Source: a virus
Length of the DNA: 40,274 nucleotides
IMG/VR virus record: IMGVR_UViG_3300045988_066894
Span: 1-40,274 of that record
Direction: 5' to 3' (one strand)
Shown here: positions 33,671-40,246 of the stretch, one piece after another
How positions within the stretch are numbered: position 1 is the first letter of the stretch
Layout of the letters: the number at the start of each line of letters is the position of its first letter
Made by a program: the position numbers and the translations under genes
The notes under the pieces: model-generated
Databases searched by the model: none
What the model was told of the DNA's origin: nothing
The model's input: the letters and a program-made list of their open reading frames with translations, nothing else

Positions 33671-34350
33671 TTCGCCGTGTCCTTCGAGTAGTTGGCTTTC
33701 AAGTCCATCAATTCGCCGTTCAGCAGCTTGGTGGCGAATCCGTAGACCACTTTGTCGTTGGTTTGGAACGCGGTTCGCTGCAATGCGCTGATGGCGTCGA
33801 AAATGCCGGTCAATGCGTTGGAGATGATGGCGCGTGGGTTCTCGCACTGTTTCTCCGGTGCTGTCTCCTTGTTGGCGGTGAGTTCCTGGCTCATTGGTTC
33901 CTCCTTGTTGGCGGCTGGTTTCGATGCGACGGTCATGATGGTCTCCTTCTTCTTTCCGCTTGTGGTGATTTTGCGTGGTGAATGCTTGTCGTAGGTCGGT
34001 AATAGTCCTTCCTTGCGGAGTTGGCTGATGATGTTGCCGGCTGTTTTCTGGCTTATGCCGAGCGCTTCGGCTGTTTCCTTGCCGTCGAATGGTTGTCCTT
34101 GGTCGATGCGGTTTCTGCAGTGCGCGAGGATGAGGTCTCGTTTCGACGGTTCCGCCGTGGGCTTGCTGACGGCCTGATAGTCGGCCAGAGTATCCTCATG
34201 CGGCTTCTCCGGCTCTGGCGGTAGGTCTTGCTTGACAAGTCCGGCCTTGCGCAGGGCCCGCATTTCGTCACGGCTCAATCCCGCTTCGCCGGACTCGTCG
34301 TAAATGCTTTTGAGCTCTCGGAGCTCGTCACTGCTGTATTCGTGTTTCAA
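33667..34350 (-). CDS. winged-HTH DNA-binding protein (227 aa)
   Basis: ETAEALGISQKTAGNIISQLRKEGLL. TTG start overlapping the upstream stop. Confidence 0.6.
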   Translation of the reverse strand: MKHEYSSDELRELKSIYDESGEAGLSRDEMRALRKAGLVKQDLPPEPEKPHEDTLADYQAVSKPTAEPSKRDLILAHCRNRIDQGQPFDGKETAEALGISQKTAGNIISQLRKEGLLPTYDKHSPRKITTSGKKKETIMTVASKPAANKEEPMSQELTANKETAPEKQCENPRAIISNALTGIFDAISALQRTAFQTNDKVVYGFATKLLNGELMDLKANYSKDTAK

Positions 34351-34532
34351 TGGTTTCCTTTCCTTAAGCGTTGAATCAGCTGGTAGTTGTCTCGGATGAA
34401 TTCGTCCACGTCGATGCCCTGCTCCGTCAAAGTCGGCTTGGCATAGGAGCCGACCATGAAGCCTCGCGGCTCATATCTGCCGGTCTGACGGCTTCCAGGC
34501 ACGAAGTAGTGGCCATCATTGTGTGGTTTCAT
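34347..34532 (-). CDS. hypothetical 61-aa protein
   Basis: ATGA-coupled start (MKPHNDGHYF...). Confidence 0.45.
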   Translation of the reverse strand: MKPHNDGHYFVPGSRQTGRYEPRGFMVGSYAKPTLTEQGIDVDEFIRDNYQLIQRLRKGNH

Positions 34533-34747
34533 CTCGCTATCGTCCTCGTGTACTGGTGTGCTGTGGCCCAACGCTCGGCCACGTCACGCTCGTAAAGCAC
34601 CGGGCGCCTGTCCTGCTTGCCAGCTGGTGGTTCAGGGCCGAGCTTCAGATACTTCGGCCCCCTGCCATTGCTCCGCCAATTGGCGAGAGTGCGGGGACTC
34701 AAGCCGATCATCGCCGCGAACTCCTCCGGCCGAAGCAGGTCAGTCAT
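34529..34747 (-). CDS. MerR/excisionase-family HTH protein
   Basis: LLRPEEFAAMIGLSPRTLANWRSNGRGPKYLKLG. Confidence 0.65.
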   Translation of the reverse strand: MTDLLRPEEFAAMIGLSPRTLANWRSNGRGPKYLKLGPEPPAGKQDRRPVLYERDVAERWATAHQYTRTIAR

Positions 34748-35522
34748 TCGGCTTCTTCTCCGGGCAGTAGCGGGCGATGAAATAGCGCTGTCCCTTGCCG
34801 GTCACCTTCGGCGTGCGGCTGATGGTCACGTGGCCGTCCGAATGCGTCACCGCCGTCTCCTTGATGTGGAACAAGCCCAAGTCCATCGCCTTCTGGGTCG
34901 GCACGTTGCGGTTCGAGCTGGTCTTGCCGAGATAACCGTCCTGCCGAAGAATCTCGAAAAGTCGGTTCTGGCCGATGTTCAAGCCGTTCTGGCGCAGCAT
35001 CTTCGCCAATTCGCCGACAAGGCACGTGCCGTCCGACGCGGCCACCGCGTCCGCGAACCGCGCTTTCGGCTCCAGTTCCACGATGCGCGTCTGCTGTTCG
35101 GCGATGCGTCGCTTCTGCGCCTCCATGGTGCGTTGGCCGATCATCACGGCCTTCGCGAGGATGGTCATGTCATCGTCCGCGTCCGTGGTGGGGATGTAGC
35201 CGCCAGTCCTGCGAATCTGGGGAAGCACCTCATGCGTCACCCAACGCTGGAATTCCTTGGCCTCCGGCTTCCGCGAACGCATGATGAGCTTGTACAGGCC
35301 TGGCTCAGAGATGATAAGAGGCGCACGACCTGGCTGATTCCAAACCTCCGAATTACGGAGGTTTGTGATTTCGTCATCATCAAGAGCTTCGCGGAGATGA
35401 TTTGTGTCAATGCCGAGGATGTCACATGCGTCCTTGGCGACGAACCAAGGCTCCCCCGCTTCGTCGGTCAGGGCACGTAATGATTCGACCTTGAAATCGA
35501 ATCGCTGGATTTCATTGCTCAT
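34740..35522 (-). CDS. antirepressor (Bro-N plus KilAC/ANT domains)
   Basis: Start refined to MSNEIQRFDF after AAGGAAA. Has WFVAKDACDILG...EAKEFQRWVTHEVLPQIRRTGGY and a C-terminal KilAC-like part. Confidence 0.8.
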   Translation of the reverse strand: MSNEIQRFDFKVESLRALTDEAGEPWFVAKDACDILGIDTNHLREALDDDEITNLRNSEVWNQPGRAPLIISEPGLYKLIMRSRKPEAKEFQRWVTHEVLPQIRRTGGYIPTTDADDDMTILAKAVMIGQRTMEAQKRRIAEQQTRIVELEPKARFADAVAASDGTCLVGELAKMLRQNGLNIGQNRLFEILRQDGYLGKTSSNRNVPTQKAMDLGLFHIKETAVTHSDGHVTISRTPKVTGKGQRYFIARYCPEKKPND

Positions 35523-35551
35523 TGGGTTTCCTTTGCTTGTTGACGTTGTAG

Positions 35552-35797
35552 GCCCCGTCCTGACGAGTGGATGGGGCTGAGTGGCTGGCATTGGAGTCGA
35601 ACCGATGCCGTCCTTGGATTCCGAGCGCCCCTTTGATCGTTGGAACACGACCCGAACGTGTTCACGGCCAGTAGCGCGGCCGACGGTGACTGGCCGTCAG
35701 GCGGACTTGAAAGGGTTGCAAACACCGGAGTGCCTGCGTTTTTTTGATAGAGGAGAAGAAGATTGGAATCCGTGGGCGGGCGAACCGTCGCCCAGCC
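35552..35797 (-). ncRNA. structured non-coding leader containing a tRNA-derived T-arm/acceptor fragment and several perfect hairpins
   Basis: The minus strand reads GGCATCGG-TTCGACT-CCAATGCC-AGCCA (35582-35609). Abutting hairpins are GAACACG-TTCGGGT-CGTGTTC (35643-35663) and ACGGCCAGT-16nt-ACTGGCCGT (35664-35697). Further hairpins lie at 35552-35577 and 35778-35793. No ATG or SD occurs in about 440 bp. Confidence 0.45.
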
Positions 35798-35960
35798 GAA
35801 TGCGCCGACAGTGTATGTGAAGCAGGATGTGGTCGGCGCGTGGATAATAATCGATATTCAGTTATGTGTCCCCACTGGCCGACGAATGAGTGAACGTGGG
35901 TGTCCCGCGGAACAATCCGATTGGGTTGTTTGTTTGGACTGCCGGCCAGTGGGAAGTCTT

Positions 35961-36182
35961 TTAGTCGCGTGGCGCGAACCGCACGATCAGCCACAATGCG
36001 GTGGCGATGTACACGCCTTCCACCATGAGCGCGGCGGTGGTGCTGCCGCCATGCCAGGTGAGCATGATGGTCAGGCTGGAGATGAGGCCGATGCTGGCGA
36101 TGGCGAAGAGGATGCGGCGGCGCGTGTAGTTCGGCTTCCGCGTCTTCTCCCGCTCTTCGAGCCAGTAGTCGTGGTCGGTCAT
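35961..36182 (-). CDS. 73-aa two-TM membrane protein
   Basis: Start refined to MTDHDYW after AAAGGAGGA. TM segments ILFAIASIGLISSLTIMLTW and VEGVYIATALWLIVRF. Confidence 0.55.
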   Translation of the reverse strand: MTDHDYWLEEREKTRKPNYTRRRILFAIASIGLISSLTIMLTWHGGSTTAALMVEGVYIATALWLIVRFAPRD

Positions 36183-36385
36183 TTCGCCATCCTCCTTTCG
36201 GATAGTTCCTTCAAGATGCGGTTGCAGTCGCGGCGGATGTTCGCCAGGTCTGTCTGCGTGAGCAGGTATCGCGCGTGGCTGTCGCACGTGTCGATGGCGA
36301 GCTGGATGACGGCTGAATGGTCGCTGCGAGTGGTGCCGTCATCGAGGATTTCGAAGTAGAGGCTTCCATCCGTGGTGAGGCTCAT
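36179..36385 (-). CDS. hypothetical protein (68 aa)
   Basis: ORF in the coupled early operon. Confidence 0.5.
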   Translation of the reverse strand: MSLTTDGSLYFEILDDGTTRSDHSAVIQLAIDTCDSHARYLLTQTDLANIRRDCNRILKELSERRMAK

Positions 36386-36612
36386 CGTGTTCCTCCTATC
36401 GCGTCATAAAGGTGGTAGGCGAATGTTTCTGTGGTTTTGGCGTCCACTTCCGTGAGGATGGTCTTCCCGTCCTCGTGGAGTCTGACGAGTCTGGCGTCGT
36501 GTTCGCCGACTTGGATGGCGTAGCCGGTCAGGCCGAGCATGATCGTCCGCGGGTCGAAGACCGTCTTCCGCTGTTCGGGCGGAGCTGGCGGGTTAAGTAG
36601 TTGTCCGCTCAT
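36382..36612 (-). CDS. hypothetical protein (76 aa)
   Basis: ORF in the coupled early operon. Confidence 0.5.
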   Translation of the reverse strand: MSGQLLNPPAPPEQRKTVFDPRTIMLGLTGYAIQVGEHDARLVRLHEDGKTILTEVDAKTTETFAYHLYDAIGGTR

Positions 36613-36833
36613 TTCTGTGCTTCCTTGACGATCGTGTCGATGATGACGTCCACGAGGTCGGTCACGTCGATGTCCATCGGTCCGGTGATGTGGCCCAGGA
36701 ATCGGCTCGCGTCGATTTCATCCCACTGTTCCGCATATTGCGGGCGAATCATGTCACCATGCTCGGCGAATTCGTCGAAGACGGCTTCCACGCAGGCTTT
36801 GCGCAGGTCTTTGTTGTAGGTCTTGCTGTCCAT
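36609..36833 (-). CDS. hypothetical protein (74 aa)
   Basis: ORF in the coupled early operon. Confidence 0.5.
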   Translation of the reverse strand: MDSKTYNKDLRKACVEAVFDEFAEHGDMIRPQYAEQWDEIDASRFLGHITGPMDIDVTDLVDVIIDTIVKEAQK

Positions 36834-36857
36834 CGGACGCTCCTTTGGTTGTGGATT

Positions 36858-37106
36858 TCAGGCTTTGAATTGTTTGATGCTGTCGATCGGCTGGATGAGG
36901 AGCATGACGAGGTTTTCTGGTTCCATGTCGAGCATGGATGCCGCTTTTTCGATCTCGTCCGTCGAGAGTGGCGTGTGGCCTTTGAGCCTGTTGTTTACGG
37001 CTCTGATTTCAAGGCCCCATGCTTTTGCTAGGTCTTTCGGTGTCTTGTCGTGTCTTGCGAGTTCCGCTTTGAGGTTTCTGCTGGCTGTTTCCGTCAGGCC
37101 GGCCAT
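36858..37106 (-). CDS. Cro-like XRE-family HTH regulator
   Basis: KTPKDLAKAWGLEIRAVNNRLKG. Divergent from the CI-like repressor across an operator region. Confidence 0.65.
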   Translation of the reverse strand: MAGLTETASRNLKAELARHDKTPKDLAKAWGLEIRAVNNRLKGHTPLSTDEIEKAASMLDMEPENLVMLLIQPIDSIKQFKA

Positions 37107-37222
37107 TCATCCTCCTCGACTCCCTGCTTGGTGAGGCAGGCTCTCCAGTCGTGCCAGCCGGGGCCGCGCATGTGGCCGCACGGGTAGTGGTCGGGGGTCT
37201 TGGTCTTCTTGGTGCTCAACAT
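37094..37222 (-). CDS. possible 42-aa Cys/His-containing leader protein
   Basis: AAAGGA, 8 nt, then ATG. MLSTKKTKTPDHYPCGHMRGPGWHDWRACLTKQGVEEDEWPA. Overlaps the cro start by 13 nt. Below the ORF-track cutoff. Confidence 0.3.
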   Translation of the reverse strand: MLSTKKTKTPDHYPCGHMRGPGWHDWRACLTKQGVEEDEWPA

Positions 37223-37260
37223 CTCGTTTTTCCTTTCGACGGTTTTTAATATACGTAATT

Positions 37261-37298
37261 ACGAAGTTTCTTGTATTCGTAATTACGTAGTCTTCACG
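37261..37298. promoter_or_regulatory. operator pair: two copies of the 10-bp palindrome CGTAATTACG in the cI/cro divergent region
   Basis: TACGTAATTACG (37261-37272) and CGTAATTACGTA (37287-37298) are reverse complements of each other, with centres 24 bp apart. Confidence 0.6.
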
Positions 37299-37327
37299 AT
37301 TTATGCACATATGACTACGCAATTAGC

Positions 37328-37340
37328 TATAATTTGAAGC
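37328..37340 (+). promoter_or_regulatory. -10 box TATAAT placed 7 nt before the repressor ATG (leaderless repressor mRNA)
   Basis: agcTATAATttgaagcATG. There is no SD before the ATG at 37341. Confidence 0.45.
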
Positions 37341-37703
37341 ATGGGAAGAAAAGCACAGGAGGTCACGCATTTCGCCAAGCAGGTCATGGACGAATGCGTC
37401 AGGCTCCAAAAGCAAAGCGGCATGACCATCAAGGAATTCGCCAAGGCCTGCGGCTTCGGCGAGGTCTACTGGTACACGAGAGCAAACTACAGCCTCCCGC
37501 TCAATCTGAGTGACCTGGAACGCATCAGCGAAGTGACCGGCGTGTCCATCGGAGACATCGTGATGGATTCCAAACGTCATGCGATTGAGGAAGCGGAAGC
37601 GAAGGCGCAGGCAGGCGGTTATGGTCTTGCCGCCTATAACGCTCAGGGCAAGCAGGAGGCCATTAATGGAGAGGCTGGGCCGGATTACGACGAGCCTGCC
37701 TGA
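37341..37703 (+). CDS. CI/ImmR-like XRE-family repressor
   Basis: MTIKEFAKACGFGEVYWYTRAN HTH. Followed by an overlapping ImmA-type protease gene. Confidence 0.75.
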   Translation: MGRKAQEVTHFAKQVMDECVRLQKQSGMTIKEFAKACGFGEVYWYTRANYSLPLNLSDLERISEVTGVSIGDIVMDSKRHAIEEAEAKAQAGGYGLAAYNAQGKQEAINGEAGPDYDEPA

Positions 37704-38118
37704 CCTGCCGATCGACCGGCGCATGACCTACGGTGCCATGCGCCGCGCCATCATCGGCCTGCCCGTCACCGTGTCCAGCGCCATCCTGCCGGACGGACTA
37801 TGGGGCTGCTACGACGCCACCACAGACGTAATCCTCATCGATAGACGGCTCACATATGCCGCCAAGCGCTGCACTTTGGTGCATGAGCTGATGCATTGGC
37901 GTCATGGAGACGCGGCGTGTGACCGGCTGGGCCGCGGCCGTGAGGAGCGCAGGGCGCGCCGCGAATCGGCGCTCTTCCTCGTCGAACCGATGAGATACGG
38001 ACTGCTCGAACAGATGTACGATGGCAATTCGTGGAATATCGCCCAGGAATTGGAGGTGACCCAGCAGGTGCTCGGAGACTTCCGACTGGCAATGTCTGAG
38101 CGAGTCTGCATCATTTGA
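37666..38118 (+). CDS. ImmA/IrrE-family zinc metalloprotease
   Basis: HELMHWRHGD (HExxH). Start refined to MERLGR 6 nt after AGGAGG. Overlaps the repressor 3' end by 38 nt. Confidence 0.8.
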   Translation: MERLGRITTSLPDLPIDRRMTYGAMRRAIIGLPVTVSSAILPDGLWGCYDATTDVILIDRRLTYAAKRCTLVHELMHWRHGDAACDRLGRGREERRARRESALFLVEPMRYGLLEQMYDGNSWNIAQELEVTQQVLGDFRLAMSERVCII

Positions 38119-38155
38119 GCAATAGAATCAAAGAGAAAAGAAGAAGGGAGCAATC

Positions 38156-38446
38156 ATGGCGAAGAGACCACAGCCTGCACCGGACGCGATCTACGAGTGC
38201 GAAAGGCTTGACGATCCGCTGTTTATGGGCATACGCCTGTATGCCAATCGCCTGGAATTGGATGTCTGCACGACGTACCTGCACCGGTACAAGAAGACCG
38301 AAGCATACCAGGTAAGCGACCTGCAGGGCGTGGTGTTGAAGAAGCGCACGGTCACATGGAAATACAGTACGCTGCGCTCACTGCCACTGAAATTCAAAAA
38401 AGCCGAGGACGCGCAGGAATTCTACAATGCCGTGAACAGCCTCTAA
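38156..38446 (+). CDS. hypothetical protein (96 aa), last gene of the lysogenic operon
   Basis: ORF with SD (AAGGGAG), followed by a strong terminator. Confidence 0.6.
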   Translation: MAKRPQPAPDAIYECERLDDPLFMGIRLYANRLELDVCTTYLHRYKKTEAYQVSDLQGVVLKKRTVTWKYSTLRSLPLKFKKAEDAQEFYNAVNSL

Positions 38447-38453
38447 AAGCATT

Positions 38454-38480
38454 AAGCCCCACAATTCGTGGGGCTTTTAT
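38454..38480 (+). terminator. rho-independent terminator
   Basis: AAGCCCCAC-aattc-GTGGGGCTT forms a 9-bp perfect stem followed by TTTAT. Confidence 0.8.
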
Positions 38481-38505
38481 GTTGTCTTATAAGTCTTTAT
38501 AAGTC

Positions 38506-39300
38506 TTATATCTGCTTCAGGCGCTCGAATACCTGTGCCGTCTGTGCGGCATCGTCGGCGGCCCTATGACGCTCCGTCTTGGCGATGCCGAAATAGCGGA
38601 TGAGGTCGAGCAGCCTATGGCGGTCAAGCTGCGGCAAAAGTGTCTGAGAGATTTCCAAGGTGTCATAGAAGCTGACGTCCGGCATGCCGACACCCGCTCT
38701 TTCGGCTTCGCGGGCGATGACCGGCAGGTCGAAGCGGCGAATATTGTGCCCTATCCACGTATCATGCCCGCAGAAAGCGTAGAACTTTGGTAGCGCTTTG
38801 TCGATGGTGGGTTTGCCTTTGACGTCCCGGTCGGTGATGCCGGTGATCTGCGTAACCTTGGCCGGTATCGGAATCTGCGGGTTGACGAGCTGGCCGAATG
38901 ACGCGACCTTGCGCCCATGGCGCATGCGCACCGCACCAAGCTCGATGATCCGAGCGCTTCTACCCAATCCTGTGGTCTCGATGTCGATGGCCACGTAATC
39001 GTCGTAATCAGTTTCCGCGACATTTCCACGCTCCGTGTCGGCCGTCTCTGCCGTCTGCGTTGCCATGGCGTCCGATTGGGCTTCCTGAGACGGTTCAGGG
39101 GCATTCTCCGCTTGATGCTTATGGCGTGGCTCGGGCTTGAGGAAGAGATGCATGAAGAACCATGCGAGGAATGCGAGGAGCAGAATCGCAATGATGCTTG
39201 TGGCCAGATTATCCTGCGGTGTGGTGATGGTGTCGTATATGCCGTAGATGCCGGAGATTCCGCACAGCACGGATAGCACGAGGTAAATCAGTTTCTTCAT
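38506..39300 (-). CDS. membrane-anchored DEDDh (DnaQ/epsilon-like) 3'-5' exonuclease
   Basis: Start refined to MKKLIYL after GGAGAAGGAAGGGG. Two N-terminal TM helices, an acidic/Gln linker, then ExoI AIDIETTG, ExoII HNIRRFDLPVI and ExoIII HRAADDA. Confidence 0.75.
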   Translation of the reverse strand: MKKLIYLVLSVLCGISGIYGIYDTITTPQDNLATSIIAILLLAFLAWFFMHLFLKPEPRHKHQAENAPEPSQEAQSDAMATQTAETADTERGNVAETDYDDYVAIDIETTGLGRSARIIELGAVRMRHGRKVASFGQLVNPQIPIPAKVTQITGITDRDVKGKPTIDKALPKFYAFCGHDTWIGHNIRRFDLPVIAREAERAGVGMPDVSFYDTLEISQTLLPQLDRHRLLDLIRYFGIAKTERHRAADDAAQTAQVFERLKQI

Positions 39301-39423
39301 TTTTCCCCTTCCTTCTCCTTGCTTCAAGCTACCGCAGATGGGGATTGGACGTGCCGATTCTTTCTTTTTTCGGCGCATTGCGCCTTATAAAAAGAATGTT
39401 AAAACTTGTAGAGTCTTATATAT

Positions 39424-39516
39424 GTGCAATTGCGATTGCACCGAACGTCTCTATTTTCTCTTTTGCAATTTTACTCGCTGTGCAATTTGACTTCTACTTT
39501 CGAGTGCAATTATAAT
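39424..39516 (+). promoter_or_regulatory. consensus-like promoter (TTGACT-18-TATAAT) embedded in an array of (G)TGCAAT repeats
   Basis: The palindrome GTGCAATTGCGATTGCAC lies at 39424-39441. Further TGCAAT copies are at 39464, 39481 and 39505. The -35 box is at 39487-39492 and the -10 box at 39511-39516. Confidence 0.55.
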
Positions 39517-39624
39517 GCAGTTATAAACGAAAAAGCCCCGACGCTGACCAGAGCAAATCGGGGCGACGGAAAACCAGCTAGATTCTCCATGCACCATTCT
39601 AAGGCAAAGCATGGAGGGAAAGAC

Positions 39625-40122
39625 ATGGAAGACATGGGATACCAGAACACGCAAGCCCTTTACGACCTAAACCGCACCGGACGCCTCGCCAAGAAGCGCG
39701 GAGACAACCTGACCTGCTATACCACTGCGCAACTCGCAATCTCCTTCATGTGCTCCATGACCTACGACTGGGACCGCGAACGCAACCAGCCACCCGAGAA
39801 GCTGCGCAAGGTCAACGCGCCATGCCGCTACTACACGCTCGGCTGGCGTGCCATCGCCGACGCATTCGGAATGATTCTACTCACGCCGGAGCAGTCCATG
39901 GGCGAGAATGCCGATAAGGAGATGAAGAAGCGCGAGAACACAGTCAAGACGAACATCAGCAACGCTTGGCTGTTCCTGCAGGAGCGTGGCGTGATCAAGA
40001 AGCTGGAACCCGCCTCGCTCGGAAAGAACGCCGGCTTCCTGTTGCTGCTTGGCGACGACGAGGAGAATCTGGCGGTGGAACGGTGGGCGAGGCAATGCCT
40101 CGGACTGCCGATGATCTGGTGA
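39625..40122 (+). CDS. hypothetical protein (165 aa), possibly a wHTH regulator
   Basis: Start refined to MEDMGYQ 6 nt after GGAGGG. The long track ORF from 39424 runs through the promoter and operator array. Confidence 0.55.
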   Translation: MEDMGYQNTQALYDLNRTGRLAKKRGDNLTCYTTAQLAISFMCSMTYDWDRERNQPPEKLRKVNAPCRYYTLGWRAIADAFGMILLTPEQSMGENADKEMKKRENTVKTNISNAWLFLQERGVIKKLEPASLGKNAGFLLLLGDDEENLAVERWARQCLGLPMIW

Positions 40123-40210
40123 GCCGTGCCCACATTTTGCCCACGTTTTATAGAGAAATGACGTGATTTGCAGTGAATTGGAGTGAATTAGGAAAGTCTG
40201 AAAACCGTTG

Positions 40211-40244
40211 GAAATAAAAGAAAAACCGCCATTTCTGGCGGTTT
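40211..40244 (-). terminator. rho-independent terminator downstream of the host tRNA 3' end
   Basis: On the minus strand AAACCGCCA-gaaa-TGGCGGTTT is followed by TTCTTTTATTTC. It lies on the phage side of attR. Confidence 0.75.
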
Positions 40245-40246
40245 GA

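Noticed and set aside
35698-35745. Plus-strand rho-independent terminator (CAGGC..GCCTG followed by T7).
   Set aside because: The stem is only 5 bp with a loop of about 29 nt, and no plus-strand gene ends there. The T7 run is more simply an A7 tract within the minus-strand leader.
35662-35994. 110-aa ORF (and plus-strand ORFs 35581..35820 and 35763..36359) in the antirepressor-upstream gap.
   Set aside because: These are Arg/Pro/His-rich sequences with no SD. They overlap the perfect hairpins and the tRNA-like fragment, so the region is treated as non-coding.
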